Shown in pieces: positions 21,201 to 30,832 of a stretch of DNA of 64,000 bases. Position numbers and translations under genes: made by a program. How positions within the stretch are numbered: position 1 is the first letter of the stretch; each line of letters opens with the position of its first letter. Below the pieces are notes generated by a model. The model did no database searches, was not told the DNA's origin, and saw only the letters and a list, made by a program, of their open reading frames with translations. Source of the stretch: an uncultured Gammaproteobacteria bacterium (GTDB lineage Bacteria; Patescibacteriota; Patescibacteriia; UBA1558; GWA2-36-10); assembly GCA_964633905.1 (NCBI GenBank), contig CAZWIT010000003.1:3193-67192 (forward strand), read 5' to 3'.

Positions 21201-24200
21201 GTCGCACTCGGCATTATTATTACAGGAGTAAACACTATTATTACCTGATACATCTGTCTTGCCAGCAGTACAAATTGCATTTGGTTGTGGCAATGACTTT
21301 GGATAATAACGCACTGTACTAGCACCATAAGTTACCTTACGATAAGACTGCTCACAACCATTAGGAGTCATAATCCGCGGATTATTTTGACTATTAGTAT
21401 CATTCTGACAATAATTAGCCGCACTATAAGACCTTAAAGCACCTTTATTTTCTTCGGCTGGAAAAATACTATGCGGGAAAGGCGCATCAATAGCAGCATA
21501 ACCTCTAGTACTTAAAGCCATGGTCGAAGTGCTAGTATCATTGATCTTAGGATTGAGCCAACAATAACCTGAATCACACTCACCTACATAAACACCTGCT
21601 ACAGCACCGACACTGCAAGCTAAACCATCATAAAGCACTGTGCCAGCTGCATTGCGACAAGCCGCAAAGAAATTACCATCATTAGTAACATTATCAAAAT
21701 AAGGGTAAGCAACTCTCACACTGCCATCATCAAAAGTATTAACCACTAAATCTTTTACTGGTAGCATATTAGGCAAAGAATAACCTAAATATTCTTCATC
21801 GCTCCACTGTAAATGCTCATTAGTACCTGTATCACGATTTTGATAATAAGCTGTACTCAAAACTGTCAAAGCAGGGTTTGGCTCTGCCCATTCGCTACAC
21901 TTAGTAACATTATTATTGCGGTCGTACTCAGTACAAGCTGATACGTCATCACAAACCGTTTTATAGCGATTGCTATCCCTATCCCAAACAGCTGTTGAAG
22001 AACGACAAGCTAACCATTCACTACATTGTCGATCTTTTTTAACTTTAACTAACATATTGGCATCTAGAGAACAAGAACCATCAATTTCTGGATCACAAAC
22101 AACTGGGCTGACTGCTTCTGCTCTAGCTAAATTTTCATCATAAGTTTTACCAGAATCATAGAGAGCTATAACTTCTTCATGCTTAGACTGCCAATAGTTG
22201 GCATCATAAAGTAAAATACAGCCTCCATTTTTATCAACACCGCCAGCGCAGGATTTTTGATCAATACTACTATTATTATAGTAATAATATTCCTGACAAG
22301 CTGGTGTCCAACGACCAGGTCCATCAAGGTCAGGATTTACATTATTAGTTGCCCCTTCACAGGCTAAACGACTATCAAAATCAAGGATATGACCATCATC
22401 AACATTACGACAAACACCATCTAAAGAGTTTGGATCAATACTAGGATCACAAGCTTCTGGATCTGAAGGGTCTCTTAAAGTGGTACACAAATTTTTATCT
22501 GCCGGACAATTAGCAACTAAATTATCAGTAGCTAAATCCCCAGCATCAAGACCAGGTGTAGCATTTGGCCAACAACCAACTGGATTAACAGTGAGTAAAG
22601 AATCTTTCCTAAAGAAGCCAGTCAAACCGTCAGCAGTTGCCCAAACACAATTATTAAATGCTAAATCATCCCCGTCTTCATCTACATCAGACGTATCAAA
22701 AACACCGTCACTATCACTACAGCCTAAAATATTATCTGTATTAAGCGAACTTGTTTTAAACCAACCAGAGTAGCTAATACCATTAACAATAATATTTGTT
22801 TGATAAGTACAAGTACCGCTACCTGGATCACGGAAATAGTAGATACCCTTGTCAGAAGAAAATTCCTCACAACCTAAGCCATCAGAATCACAAAGCGTAC
22901 TAGCGTATTGATCTGGATTATTAATTTTATAAACTGTATTCAAAAGATAGGGGTTGTTACGATCTGGCAAACCCAAAGCTTGACAACCTTTATAATCTTG
23001 GGAGCAATATTTAGTATTATCTGGCACTAAGTAAGCCAAATTATCAGCTGGCACAACTATTTGAGCTGCATTGCCAGCATTAAAAGTTTCTTCAAAAGGA
23101 TAAGTAGAATTTTGAGTATCAATCACTGCCGAACAACCAATAGCCTCCACTCGGCAGAGATTAGAAAATGATCTTAAATTAAATACTTTATTATTAGTAT
23201 CAGTATAACTCTGACAACCTAAATGGTAACCAACATAAGGGCTATCACAAGCAATTGGTGTTTCCCATGAGTTCCTTACCACTGAGATATTATCCCCTAC
23301 TTCTTTAAGTATAATATTATCGACATAAACACTAAAACCGGAACCAGCAACAATAACATTGAAATTCAAACGTAGATTATTTAAATCTAAACCAGTTGGA
23401 TCGGCTGTATAAATATAACTAAAGTAATGCCAATCGCCTGCTGAAATATTACGTAATTGACTATCATTAGGATCATAAAACACCTTAGGAGTAAGTATAC
23501 TAGGACTAGATAATAATACTTCTACACTATTTACTTGTATTTCACTCTTCATCCACCAACTTAACTTGTATTGCCGTGGACCTTCACCAATATTAGACAA
23601 AGGACGATAAAATGCCGCGCTATTGTCATTAGCATTTATTTTGATTGAATGACCATTATTTTCCAAAGCTTCTGAAGATAAGCTAACCACATCACTACTA
23701 CTAGCCCATGGGGCAAAAGTACCTTGCTCAAAATTATTAGAAAATATTTCGCGGACATTATTAGCAGTATTGCCAGTATAAAGATGACAACCATTAAATT
23801 CGGCACTACAAGCAATGCTTAAACTAGGAATTGTTTTATAAACTTCGCCAGAAGCTGTGCGTCGATATTCATGACAATCACTACTTGCATAAATTACCCG
23901 ATCTTGCAAACGATAAGATGGGCGACCATCAGTGTCAAAAAATTGACGACAATTTGGATTTACATCAGCATCACTACAAGTAGCAACTGGATATTGTGGC
24001 GCTGTATTATCCAAACAAGTTTCACCACCCGGAGCAATATTAGTACAAGGAGCTAAAGAGCCATTAGCCTCGGGAGCAGCATTAGTAACAAGTATCTGCC
24101 AAGTACGAATTTGATAACCAGCTGTATCTGACCCTTCCCAAGTGTAATAAGTAGTTCCTAAACTTTCAGCCACACATTGACGAATATAAGTAAAGTATTC

Positions 24201-27113
24201 TTTACCTTCACCGCCTTGAGCTACTTCGTCTAAATTTGTAAATTCTTCACAACCAATAGCAGATGCTGGACAAGCCTGGGCTGTGTTAGGTATAAAATTA
24301 TAATATTGAGTATCCGTATCACCCTCCATCACACTAAAAATACTAGGTGTTTCTGCAAAGCTAGCATAACCAACACATTCGGCTGGACATAAGTCACTAG
24401 GATTCACTACCGCCGGAATCATTGTTCCGCCCTCAGTTGGTGTATAGCCCTGACAACCTAATTCATCGGCAGTACACATAAATCGACTATCGTTCATGGT
24501 AATTTTACCGCCTGCGCCATAATCACTATAAGGAGAGGCAATTCTATCTACACTACTAACTATCTCTACCTTAATATCATCAAACCAAATTAAATCTGTA
24601 CCAGAACTAGCTAATAAATTTAATAAAGCTCCACTAGTATATTGGTTGGTAGTAAAAATACAACTTGATCTTTGAAATTCAACACCATTAGGAGTAAAAC
24701 GTAAATCAGCATCTTCATCGTGAGGAACATCACAAAATCTTGTGTCACCTAAAGGTGGAGGTACTGGACCAGCTGCGTTAGTATTACCAACAGCATCATC
24801 GCAATTACCAGTATTATCACACATAATCAAAGATATTCTAGCAGCGGGACTAGTAGCATTAGCCACATGTTGAGCAGCTGCAGCTGATATAGTATAGGTA
24901 GTATTTGGTAATAAATAAATTTTCTGTTGAAAACGCTGTGAATCTGGATGAGACGGATTGCCATATGTATAGCCATTAGCTACCTTGCCAGTAACGCTAT
25001 CATATTCAACACCATCACTAGGATTACCGCCATTATCAAGCCAACCGTCTGGCATGTTGTCTGCATTAGTATCAGCCAAGCTACCATTTGCAACTACATT
25101 AATACCTCTGTCAGCTGCCATCACTATATATTCATGACAACCAGCTTCTGACGAAGGACAATCTTGGGCCTGACGATTTAAAAATAAATCATTATCGTCT
25201 GTATTTATATCTTGCAAGACCCAATTATTTTCCTGGTTCATTTCTTGACTATAGCGCTTACAGCCAGCCTGATCAGCAGTACAATAACTTAAAGATTGCT
25301 CTAGATAGGATTCCTGACCAATTTCTGGATTATCAAAAGTCAAACAACCAGAATAAATATCACCTTGATTACATTGATCAGCTCCTAGGCGCCAGATATT
25401 TTCTGACTTAGTACAATAACCATATTGGTTATCTAGACAATTACCATTTTCATCTTCACGCAAACAAACTTGAGCATCAGCACAATATTGCTGACGAGTA
25501 TCAGTTTCTGGCGAATCAAGTAAAGGCGAATACACATAGGCCGAACAATAAGCAGCTGGTGCTTTTAATACCCAATTAGGATCAACTAAATGATAAAATG
25601 GATTATGTTGCTCACCATCAACAATAAAATCAGGACTTACTGGAAATGGACATTTTTCATCTTCAAAACAATCCATTGCCTGACGTAAAGTAACTGGGGT
25701 AATCAAATCACTACGCTGACTAGCCATTTCCCATCCGACTGGTATGATATTAGCCTTACGTAATTTTACTAAATTATTATAGCAGAACGCTCCCTTATAA
25801 CACTCCTGATTAGTGCGCAAGGTATCACTAGGATTAATAAACTGCCAAGCGCCATTTAAAATACCATTTTCTACTGCTTCTTTTACTGTTAATTTATTAC
25901 TAATTGCCTGCAAAAGATCAGTAGACATTACACAATTGTCTGGCTTACGAAACTGAGCTTCTTCTGGGCAAATTGAAAAATCATTAAGAAAACTATAAGA
26001 CTCAATCGGACTAATTTTTATATTTTTAAAATCTGTAAAAACATCAGCTCCGCGTGGATTCCTAATATCACCACCGCCTCGTAATTGATCCAATAAACTA
26101 TCCCTAAAATCATCATCTTTGCCAAAAATGTCAGCCATGGACCACATGCCGCCCTTAATCCATTTTTGTAATAATTTAGAGCTTAAAGTATTGGCAAAAT
26201 TACTAGCCGCATCTTTCATAATATCAGTTAATTTGCGATTAGTAGCCGCTTCTTTACGAGAAGCAATACGATTAGCTGAGTCTCGTACAGCCGCCGTCCA
26301 TTCCTCTTCAGTCATTTTTAAGATAACGGCACAATGTGTTTTAACTTCTAATGTAATAGCCGTTGCTTTATCTTTAAAACCCCTACATTCTTCTTCGCCC
26401 ATCTTAAAAACATCAACCGAAACCGCTTTACGATTATTAATCTCCCCTTGTAATTTAGCAAAAACACCTAGATCGCTTTGCTCTAAAGAGTAGGCTTTAA
26501 AATAATCCTCTATACCCTGCACTCCTTGCTGAGGGCTAAGTTGAAATTTAACTAACTCCGCAAAATTTTGATTGCCAAAACTTTCCCATCTTTTTTTAAC
26601 ATTAGTCCAATTACAACGACTAGCATAAGTTGTCTGAGGCGGCGCTTGTTCATTAATTAAAGAAAGGGTCAAGGTTAGTTTTACTTCTAAACTAGGTTCA
26701 CAAAGATCCAAGCCTAAATCAGCAAAATAAGTATTACTCAACTGACCAATAAATTCACCAACCGCTGCTTTTTGAGCACGATCCAAACTTTTAGTTATAC
26801 TTTCTGTTCTAAATAATGGCACATTGCCTGTACCGCCAGTAGCTATTTCAGTTGCAACATTATAAGCCAAATCATTCATGAACATTTCTACAGTACGATT
26901 AGCCAGATCTGCTCCTACCCAGCCCTGCACTTTACTCCAAGCATCATTAATCTTATCAGCAACATCACGCCTAGTCTGCGGTAGAGATTGTATAATATAA
27001 GCCATTAACGGACCGACCATTTGAGCATTTGCCGACCTTACCTGCGCTAATATAGCAGTGCCCATCAAAATCATCAATAAAGCAGCAATAATAATTTTTT
27101 TGTAGCGATACAT
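18240..27113 (-). CDS. Giant (2957 aa) secreted Cys-rich surface protein with jelly-roll/CBM-like modules; putative adhesin of the T4SS-like apparatus
   Basis: N-terminal signal peptide MYRYKKIIIAALLMILMGTAILAQVRSANA. Well over 100 Cys. Segments resemble CBM_4_9/laminin-G jelly rolls (...YKLSWWMKSE...VYVDNIILKEV). It sits 20 bp from both flanking genes in one operon. Confidence 0.6.
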   Translation of the reverse strand: MYRYKKIIIAALLMILMGTAILAQVRSANAQMVGPLMAYIIQSLPQTRRDVADKINDAWSKVQGWVGADLANRTVEMFMNDLAYNVATEIATGGTGNVPLFRTESITKSLDRAQKAAVGEFIGQLSNTYFADLGLDLCEPSLEVKLTLTLSLINEQAPPQTTYASRCNWTNVKKRWESFGNQNFAELVKFQLSPQQGVQGIEDYFKAYSLEQSDLGVFAKLQGEINNRKAVSVDVFKMGEEECRGFKDKATAITLEVKTHCAVILKMTEEEWTAAVRDSANRIASRKEAATNRKLTDIMKDAASNFANTLSSKLLQKWIKGGMWSMADIFGKDDDFRDSLLDQLRGGGDIRNPRGADVFTDFKNIKISPIESYSFLNDFSICPEEAQFRKPDNCVMSTDLLQAISNKLTVKEAVENGILNGAWQFINPSDTLRTNQECYKGAFCYNNLVKLRKANIIPVGWEMASQRSDLITPVTLRQAMDCFEDEKCPFPVSPDFIVDGEQHNPFYHLVDPNWVLKAPAAYCSAYVYSPLLDSPETDTRQQYCADAQVCLREDENGNCLDNQYGYCTKSENIWRLGADQCNQGDIYSGCLTFDNPEIGQESYLEQSLSYCTADQAGCKRYSQEMNQENNWVLQDINTDDNDLFLNRQAQDCPSSEAGCHEYIVMAADRGINVVANGSLADTNADNMPDGWLDNGGNPSDGVEYDSVTGKVANGYTYGNPSHPDSQRFQQKIYLLPNTTYTISAAAAQHVANATSPAARISLIMCDNTGNCDDAVGNTNAAGPVPPPLGDTRFCDVPHDEDADLRFTPNGVEFQRSSCIFTTNQYTSGALLNLLASSGTDLIWFDDIKVEIVSSVDRIASPYSDYGAGGKITMNDSRFMCTADELGCQGYTPTEGGTMIPAVVNPSDLCPAECVGYASFAETPSIFSVMEGDTDTQYYNFIPNTAQACPASAIGCEEFTNLDEVAQGGEGKEYFTYIRQCVAESLGTTYYTWEGSDTAGYQIRTWQILVTNAAPEANGSLAPCTNIAPGGETCLDNTAPQYPVATCSDADVNPNCRQFFDTDGRPSYRLQDRVIYASSDCHEYRRTASGEVYKTIPSLSIACSAEFNGCHLYTGNTANNVREIFSNNFEQGTFAPWASSSDVVSLSSEALENNGHSIKINANDNSAAFYRPLSNIGEGPRQYKLSWWMKSEIQVNSVEVLLSSPSILTPKVFYDPNDSQLRNISAGDWHYFSYIYTADPTGLDLNNLRLNFNVIVAGSGFSVYVDNIILKEVGDNISVVRNSWETPIACDSPYVGYHLGCQSYTDTNNKVFNLRSFSNLCRVEAIGCSAVIDTQNSTYPFEETFNAGNAAQIVVPADNLAYLVPDNTKYCSQDYKGCQALGLPDRNNPYLLNTVYKINNPDQYASTLCDSDGLGCEEFSSDKGIYYFRDPGSGTCTYQTNIIVNGISYSGWFKTSSLNTDNILGCSDSDGVFDTSDVDEDGDDLAFNNCVWATADGLTGFFRKDSLLTVNPVGCWPNATPGLDAGDLATDNLVANCPADKNLCTTLRDPSDPEACDPSIDPNSLDGVCRNVDDGHILDFDSRLACEGATNNVNPDLDGPGRWTPACQEYYYYNNSSIDQKSCAGGVDKNGGCILLYDANYWQSKHEEVIALYDSGKTYDENLARAEAVSPVVCDPEIDGSCSLDANMLVKVKKDRQCSEWLACRSSTAVWDRDSNRYKTVCDDVSACTEYDRNNNVTKCSEWAEPNPALTVLSTAYYQNRDTGTNEHLQWSDEEYLGYSLPNMLPVKDLVVNTFDDGSVRVAYPYFDNVTNDGNFFAACRNAAGTVLYDGLACSVGAVAGVYVGECDSGYCWLNPKINDTSTSTMALSTRGYAAIDAPFPHSIFPAEENKGALRSYSAANYCQNDTNSQNNPRIMTPNGCEQSYRKVTYGASTVRYYPKSLPQPNAICTAGKTDVSGNNSVYSCNNNAECDTVDNNGVSQQNGLCEKYTKIENINNWSGICLSYDYNNQLVKDAGNDYYCNQWYPAEQISGTNSLYENYQEAGYYNPTGQDALFCAATEDYVVPETRYYCVSTFTAGAPYNMQFCSVLAKVPAGTKVHLRYMDSTFNNTPALTTLVAGYLNTDPEVLRAYGPDDSVTDGISGQLFNGVRKMGWQNEVQSAYTGLGVSWLHRNGANALFTETNWNDNWRSPLGMGPSLGEYGTGEGSSLFLASDFDSTRTLGLTASSKVPVLPLSNFDYIFDANALSTGLVELYFYDAYINRDGNWGESAIVWPFASRPGQEYFPIGTYKNYGVQETGDGVADNLEQCAPGWHESWLNQYLDGDFNNTNVGGFDQRGWNGHNKKEQDRWCSPMSHGIYVKPAFPAGVNNVVTVCQQENCSHTEGNPPSNTNNSTPICLSNEPYYSAIDVSQPCNGDLNCAFKNCVNAVGSESHNENGTMIYWCSDFGEFQNTGTLSVDYECPGAIIHQESYDNYASVSGCLDIIYNIVTANIPNSIPNPLPGGTGSCTIIGPQNQTYGSIVLDVGAGVNSSLGEEVEGCTTPIGDEAGAVCQDITIADSVGFLDLSSYRRITSRRNIIRTDTPYDPEKEGIDCGSDCYQQCRLITQLDAAGDKSWVRTDMWWRYSRANDTLRIHDTDPNDWLSYYYRSSNNRAIYQLGRDVYYFGISGQGDNLFTHFGAALDYFNPNKAVITRIPPTQIWPQQPSAVTFFSSSTLASAWPEARSRMTKIFANVYNLNLVNGSYVAVSDDSEFIDDSTLSPNTYAGDDYKPRALKVCGETACAVRNADQSIVGYQSGITINEEQDGIISSKESLFVAVKSYFYAHPDHMPVVNIRMDWDDSRFSSAPGRYKNALFSCRSDQNMPNVCADDTVGSCDTTPAGLAGFGGLDNACRQGYKIFYHDYQYTNDPTHSCAAKGVTGQAPNAACFKPKMYIVDRWGLGDDTGADAIAFDGWIVVNP

Positions 27114-27133
27114 AAGAAATATTTTACTTTTTA

Positions 27134-27940
27134 TTACTTACCAATTAATTGGTCCCTAATAGTTATTAATTCTGTTTCCGATAAAGCTTTGATTTTATCT
27201 ATTTCCGCATCAGGCTGGCTTAATAAAAAAGTCCGCACTTGTTCTGGTGTGGTAGTAGCAGTCCAGGCATCACTAGGTACAATTTGGCTTTCTGCCACAA
27301 TGGATAAAATATTTAATAAATCTTCATCAGTTAAATTTGCTAACTCAGCTTCGGTCATACCTTGTGCTAATAAAAATTTACGAAATTCATTAGCTGTTGC
27401 CTGTTCTAAAGTCAAATCCTTATTAAGGGATAAATCATTTAAAATATTAGCTAGTTTTGTATCAGGAGTAATTAGTTTTAATAAACCGCACTCTTCTCCA
27501 AAAGGACAAAGCGGATCATCTCCTTTGACCACTTCATCACCGTCTTTAATACCATCGCTATCAGTATCATCCAAAAACATACTAGTATAATATTGATAAA
27601 GTTCAGCAAAATCAGTTAAACCATCCTGGTCTGTATCTTTATTTTTTAATTCAGCAATAGTTTGCTCTTGGCTATCTTGATTGTTTACTAATTGTTCCTT
27701 TAAAAAATCTGGCAAGTCATAGCTTACTGTTTTTTTGAGATTTCGATACCAATAATTAGTTACAAAAACTAAAATTAACAAACTAATTATTGCTAAAGGC
27801 CAAAAAAAGCGATGTCTGCTGGCAACATGGAATTGATTATTTGATAATTTAGTTGACCGTCTAGAGTTATCTTCAGTACCAAGTAAATCTCTAAGGTCTA
27901 GTTCCTCACCAGTATCTATCTGGTATAATTTTTTTGGCAT
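27134..27940 (-). CDS. Single-pass membrane protein with thrombospondin type-3-like Ca-binding repeats
   Basis: TM helix FFWPLAIISLLILVFV. DxDxDG repeats DTDQDGLTDFAE and DTDSDGIKDGDE. First gene of the operon containing the giant protein. Confidence 0.45.
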   Translation of the reverse strand: MPKKLYQIDTGEELDLRDLLGTEDNSRRSTKLSNNQFHVASRHRFFWPLAIISLLILVFVTNYWYRNLKKTVSYDLPDFLKEQLVNNQDSQEQTIAELKNKDTDQDGLTDFAELYQYYTSMFLDDTDSDGIKDGDEVVKGDDPLCPFGEECGLLKLITPDTKLANILNDLSLNKDLTLEQATANEFRKFLLAQGMTEAELANLTDEDLLNILSIVAESQIVPSDAWTATTTPEQVRTFLLSQPDAEIDKIKALSETELITIRDQLIGK

Positions 27941-28047
27941 TAGCTTAAAATAATCTGGCTTTATTATAACATAAATTTATAAAAACTCCAAAAAAAATAA
28001 ACAGTCTTCCTGCCTACTTATCCCCAATAAAAAATATTAGTTTTAAT

Positions 28048-28881
28048 CTAGAGTAAAGCAACTAAATCAAGCCAATTTTTAGTGCTTAAATTCTCGGCTC
28101 TAATATTTTTGTCTAAATTAAGTTTAGCAAAAGCCTGCTCTACCTTGGCTTTTTCTAAACGAGTATCAGTTAAAATATTATTAATTAACTTTTTCCTTTT
28201 TTGAGCAAACCCACGATGAATTAACTGCCAGGTAAATTTTTCATCAACCCGATAAGGCCAAGCTTTAATATTATTAATATTAATTACAGCTGAATCTACT
28301 TGTGGCTCAGGATAAAAACAAGTTTTAGGGACTATTGCAGCTAAGCTCGCCTGTCCATAAAAAGCAACTGCCAGAGAAAGTAAGCTCTGCTTTTGATCAC
28401 TAGCTACTAGGCGTTGAGCTACTTCCTTTTGTATCATCAAAGTCAGACTTTTAGGAGCTGGTTTAAAATTCATAAATTTCTGAATAAATTTACCAGTCAA
28501 ATAATAAGGAATATTAGCCACAATCTTATATTCTAGTACTCCATATTTAGATAATATTGCTTGCCATTGTTGTTCTTGTAAAGATAAAATGTCCTGCCAG
28601 ATTATTTCTAAATTAGGACTAACTTTAGCAATTTTAGCCAAAGCTTGCTCAAAATTTTTATCAAGCTCTAAGGCAAGCACCTGTTTAACTTGGCTGGTCA
28701 AACTAGCTGTTAAGGCTCCTAACCCTGGGCCAACTTCTAAAACTAAATCGCTTGGACTAAGATCAGCTGTATCAATGATTTCTTCTAAAACTGAATCATC
28801 AATTAAAAAATTTTGGCCCCTTAATTTATTTGGGGTCAAATTATATTTTTTTAATAAAAATTTTAATTCTTCAATATTCAT
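28048..28881 (-). CDS. rsmA: 16S rRNA (adenine1518/1519-N6) dimethyltransferase
   Basis: GQNFLIDDSVLEEII...VLEVGPGLGALT is the KsgA signature. Confidence 0.85.
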   Translation of the reverse strand: MNIEELKFLLKKYNLTPNKLRGQNFLIDDSVLEEIIDTADLSPSDLVLEVGPGLGALTASLTSQVKQVLALELDKNFEQALAKIAKVSPNLEIIWQDILSLQEQQWQAILSKYGVLEYKIVANIPYYLTGKFIQKFMNFKPAPKSLTLMIQKEVAQRLVASDQKQSLLSLAVAFYGQASLAAIVPKTCFYPEPQVDSAVININNIKAWPYRVDEKFTWQLIHRGFAQKRKKLINNILTDTRLEKAKVEQAFAKLNLDKNIRAENLSTKNWLDLVALL

Positions 28882-28883
28882 AT

Positions 28884-30065
28884 TTATAACAACATATATA
28901 ATAAGGTCATAGCACCAGCAATAACAAAAGTCATTTTAAAAGCTAAAATATCTTGACCAATATAAGATAACAAAATATAAATCAAGGCAATGGCGAGTAA
29001 CTTACCAATTACTAAACTCATCTCAAAAAAAACAACATTACTCATAATATGATGATGCTGGTCTGCTTTTAGGACTTTAGCACGTTCATAAGTAATAGTA
29101 GTTAAAGGCACTGCAATAGTATTTTTACCTAATCTAGAAAAAGTGTCTAAAAAGAAGATACCAGTAGCATTTACTACAAAAATCCTAATAAACCAAGCTA
29201 AAGAATAAAAAACACTGCCTAAAGCCAGCACCCGATGTTTAATACCTTTGTCTGATAATTTACCAATATAGAGAGTAATAATAGTGGTAACTAACGTAGC
29301 CAAAGCAACAATTAAGCCAGTATCTAAAACATTGCTAATAACAATAGAAATAAAAATTGGCCAAATTACTAAAACTACAAATTCCTCACCAAAACCTAGA
29401 TAAGCAATTAGTGATTTACGATTTTGTTTGCTAAACAAGTTTTTGAAAACATTAGTATAAGAAAAATCCCCTGCTTCAAAATTTTCTTTAGTTACTAAAG
29501 TAGGAATATTAGAAGCAAAAAATATCAAGGAAACAACTACAAATAAAGTTGCATAACCTAAAGTAGAAATAATCAAGCCCGCTAAAGCAGGTCCAACAAT
29601 ATAAACCAAAGAAGTGACAACAGTCATGGCACTAACTTCTCTGCCCTGCTCATTTTCATTAGAAAATCTAGCAAAGTTAGCATGATAAGCTGGCCAGTAG
29701 AAAGTCTTTTGCAGAGTATAAATCAAAGCAACTATATAAAATAGCGATGAGTAGTCTTTGATTAAATACAAGCCAATATAGAAAAAGGCATATAAACAAG
29801 TGCCTAATAAAAGACTAACTTCATAGCCATATTTTTTAGAAAATTTAGCGCCCAGTGGCATCATTAACACATAACCAATATAAGTCACTAAATAAAAAAG
29901 TAGTATCTTTTGTAGAGAATAACCAATTTGATATAAATAAATTGGCTCCCAAAACATCACCATAGCTAAAGCAAAATTAACCATAGTGGTAGAAATATAA
30001 AGCTCTTTTATTTGACGTTTGACTGATTGAGGTAGCCACGTCCTAAATAAGCCTAAATGCAACAT
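28884..30065 (-). CDS. MFS-type transporter
   Basis: 393 aa with 12 predicted TM helices and an MFS-like topology. Confidence 0.55.
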   Translation of the reverse strand: MLHLGLFRTWLPQSVKRQIKELYISTTMVNFALAMVMFWEPIYLYQIGYSLQKILLFYLVTYIGYVLMMPLGAKFSKKYGYEVSLLLGTCLYAFFYIGLYLIKDYSSLFYIVALIYTLQKTFYWPAYHANFARFSNENEQGREVSAMTVVTSLVYIVGPALAGLIISTLGYATLFVVVSLIFFASNIPTLVTKENFEAGDFSYTNVFKNLFSKQNRKSLIAYLGFGEEFVVLVIWPIFISIVISNVLDTGLIVALATLVTTIITLYIGKLSDKGIKHRVLALGSVFYSLAWFIRIFVVNATGIFFLDTFSRLGKNTIAVPLTTITYERAKVLKADQHHHIMSNVVFFEMSLVIGKLLAIALIYILLSYIGQDILAFKMTFVIAGAMTLLYMLL

Positions 30066-30069
30066 TTTT

Positions 30070-30204
30070 ACCCTGTTAAATAAATTTAATTAATAAAAAG
30101 TAAAAAAATATTTTATCAAATATACTTTAATTATAACACATAAACCTACACTTATTAAATTTAATTTTTTAAAGTCATACTTTAAAAAATTATTTAACAG
30201 GGTA
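30070..30204. repeat. MITE-like element, copy 2 (AT-rich interior), with the same 12-bp inverted termini
   Basis: ACCCTGTTAAAT at 30070-30081 and ATTTAACAGGGT at 30193-30204. The left terminus lies 5 bp from the MFS start codon. Confidence 0.6.
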
Positions 30205-30209
30205 AATTT

Positions 30210-30830
30210 TTATTTAAATAATTCTAAATTAATTGCCAAAGCACCCTGCCTTAAAATTTCTGCACCATCTTGAGAACATTTAATCATAGTGGTAGCTGGT
30301 TGATCTAAGAGATCACCAACATTAATAAATAAATCAGGCTGAAATTTACTAGTAGCAAATTGCTCTTTGACGCTAGCCACTGTAAAACTAGAAGATTTTC
30401 CCGAAATATTAGCAGAAGTAGCAGTTAGCGGACAAGCCAAAAGCGAAGCAATTGTCTGGGCTAAAGGATAACTAGAAACTCTTAAAGCTAAAAACCTATC
30501 AAAATGGGCTTGCCAATGATGATGTTTAAAAGGCAAAACCAAAGTCAATGGCCCTGGCCAATATTGACTAGCAAGTTGTCTAGCTAAAACACTAAAATCT
30601 ACCAAAGAGCTAGCATAAACAAAATCCGAAACGATTACTGGCAAATGCTTGCTGCTATCTCGTCCTTTAATTTGATAAATTTTTTGAACAGCCTTAGCAC
30701 TAAAAAAATCTGCTCCTAAGCCATAAGAAGTTTCCGTAGGATAAACTATAACGCCATCGTTTTGTAAAACTTCTAAAGCAGTCTGTAAAACTGCAATCCG
30801 ATTGCTTGAATTTAAAATGATCTCTTGCAT
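30210..30830 (-). CDS. tsaC: L-threonylcarbamoyladenylate synthase (YrdC/Sua5 family)
   Basis: GVIVYPTETSYGLGADFFSAKAVQKIYQIKGRD is the YrdC fold signature. Confidence 0.8.
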   Translation of the reverse strand: MQEIILNSSNRIAVLQTALEVLQNDGVIVYPTETSYGLGADFFSAKAVQKIYQIKGRDSSKHLPVIVSDFVYASSLVDFSVLARQLASQYWPGPLTLVLPFKHHHWQAHFDRFLALRVSSYPLAQTIASLLACPLTATSANISGKSSSFTVASVKEQFATSKFQPDLFINVGDLLDQPATTMIKCSQDGAEILRQGALAINLELFK

Positions 30831-30832
30831 AA

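Noticed and set aside
19299-26493. Several 60-145-aa plus-strand ORFs inside the giant-protein gene
   Set aside because: They are antisense to a continuous 8.9-kb ORF with a signal peptide and are composition-driven artefacts.
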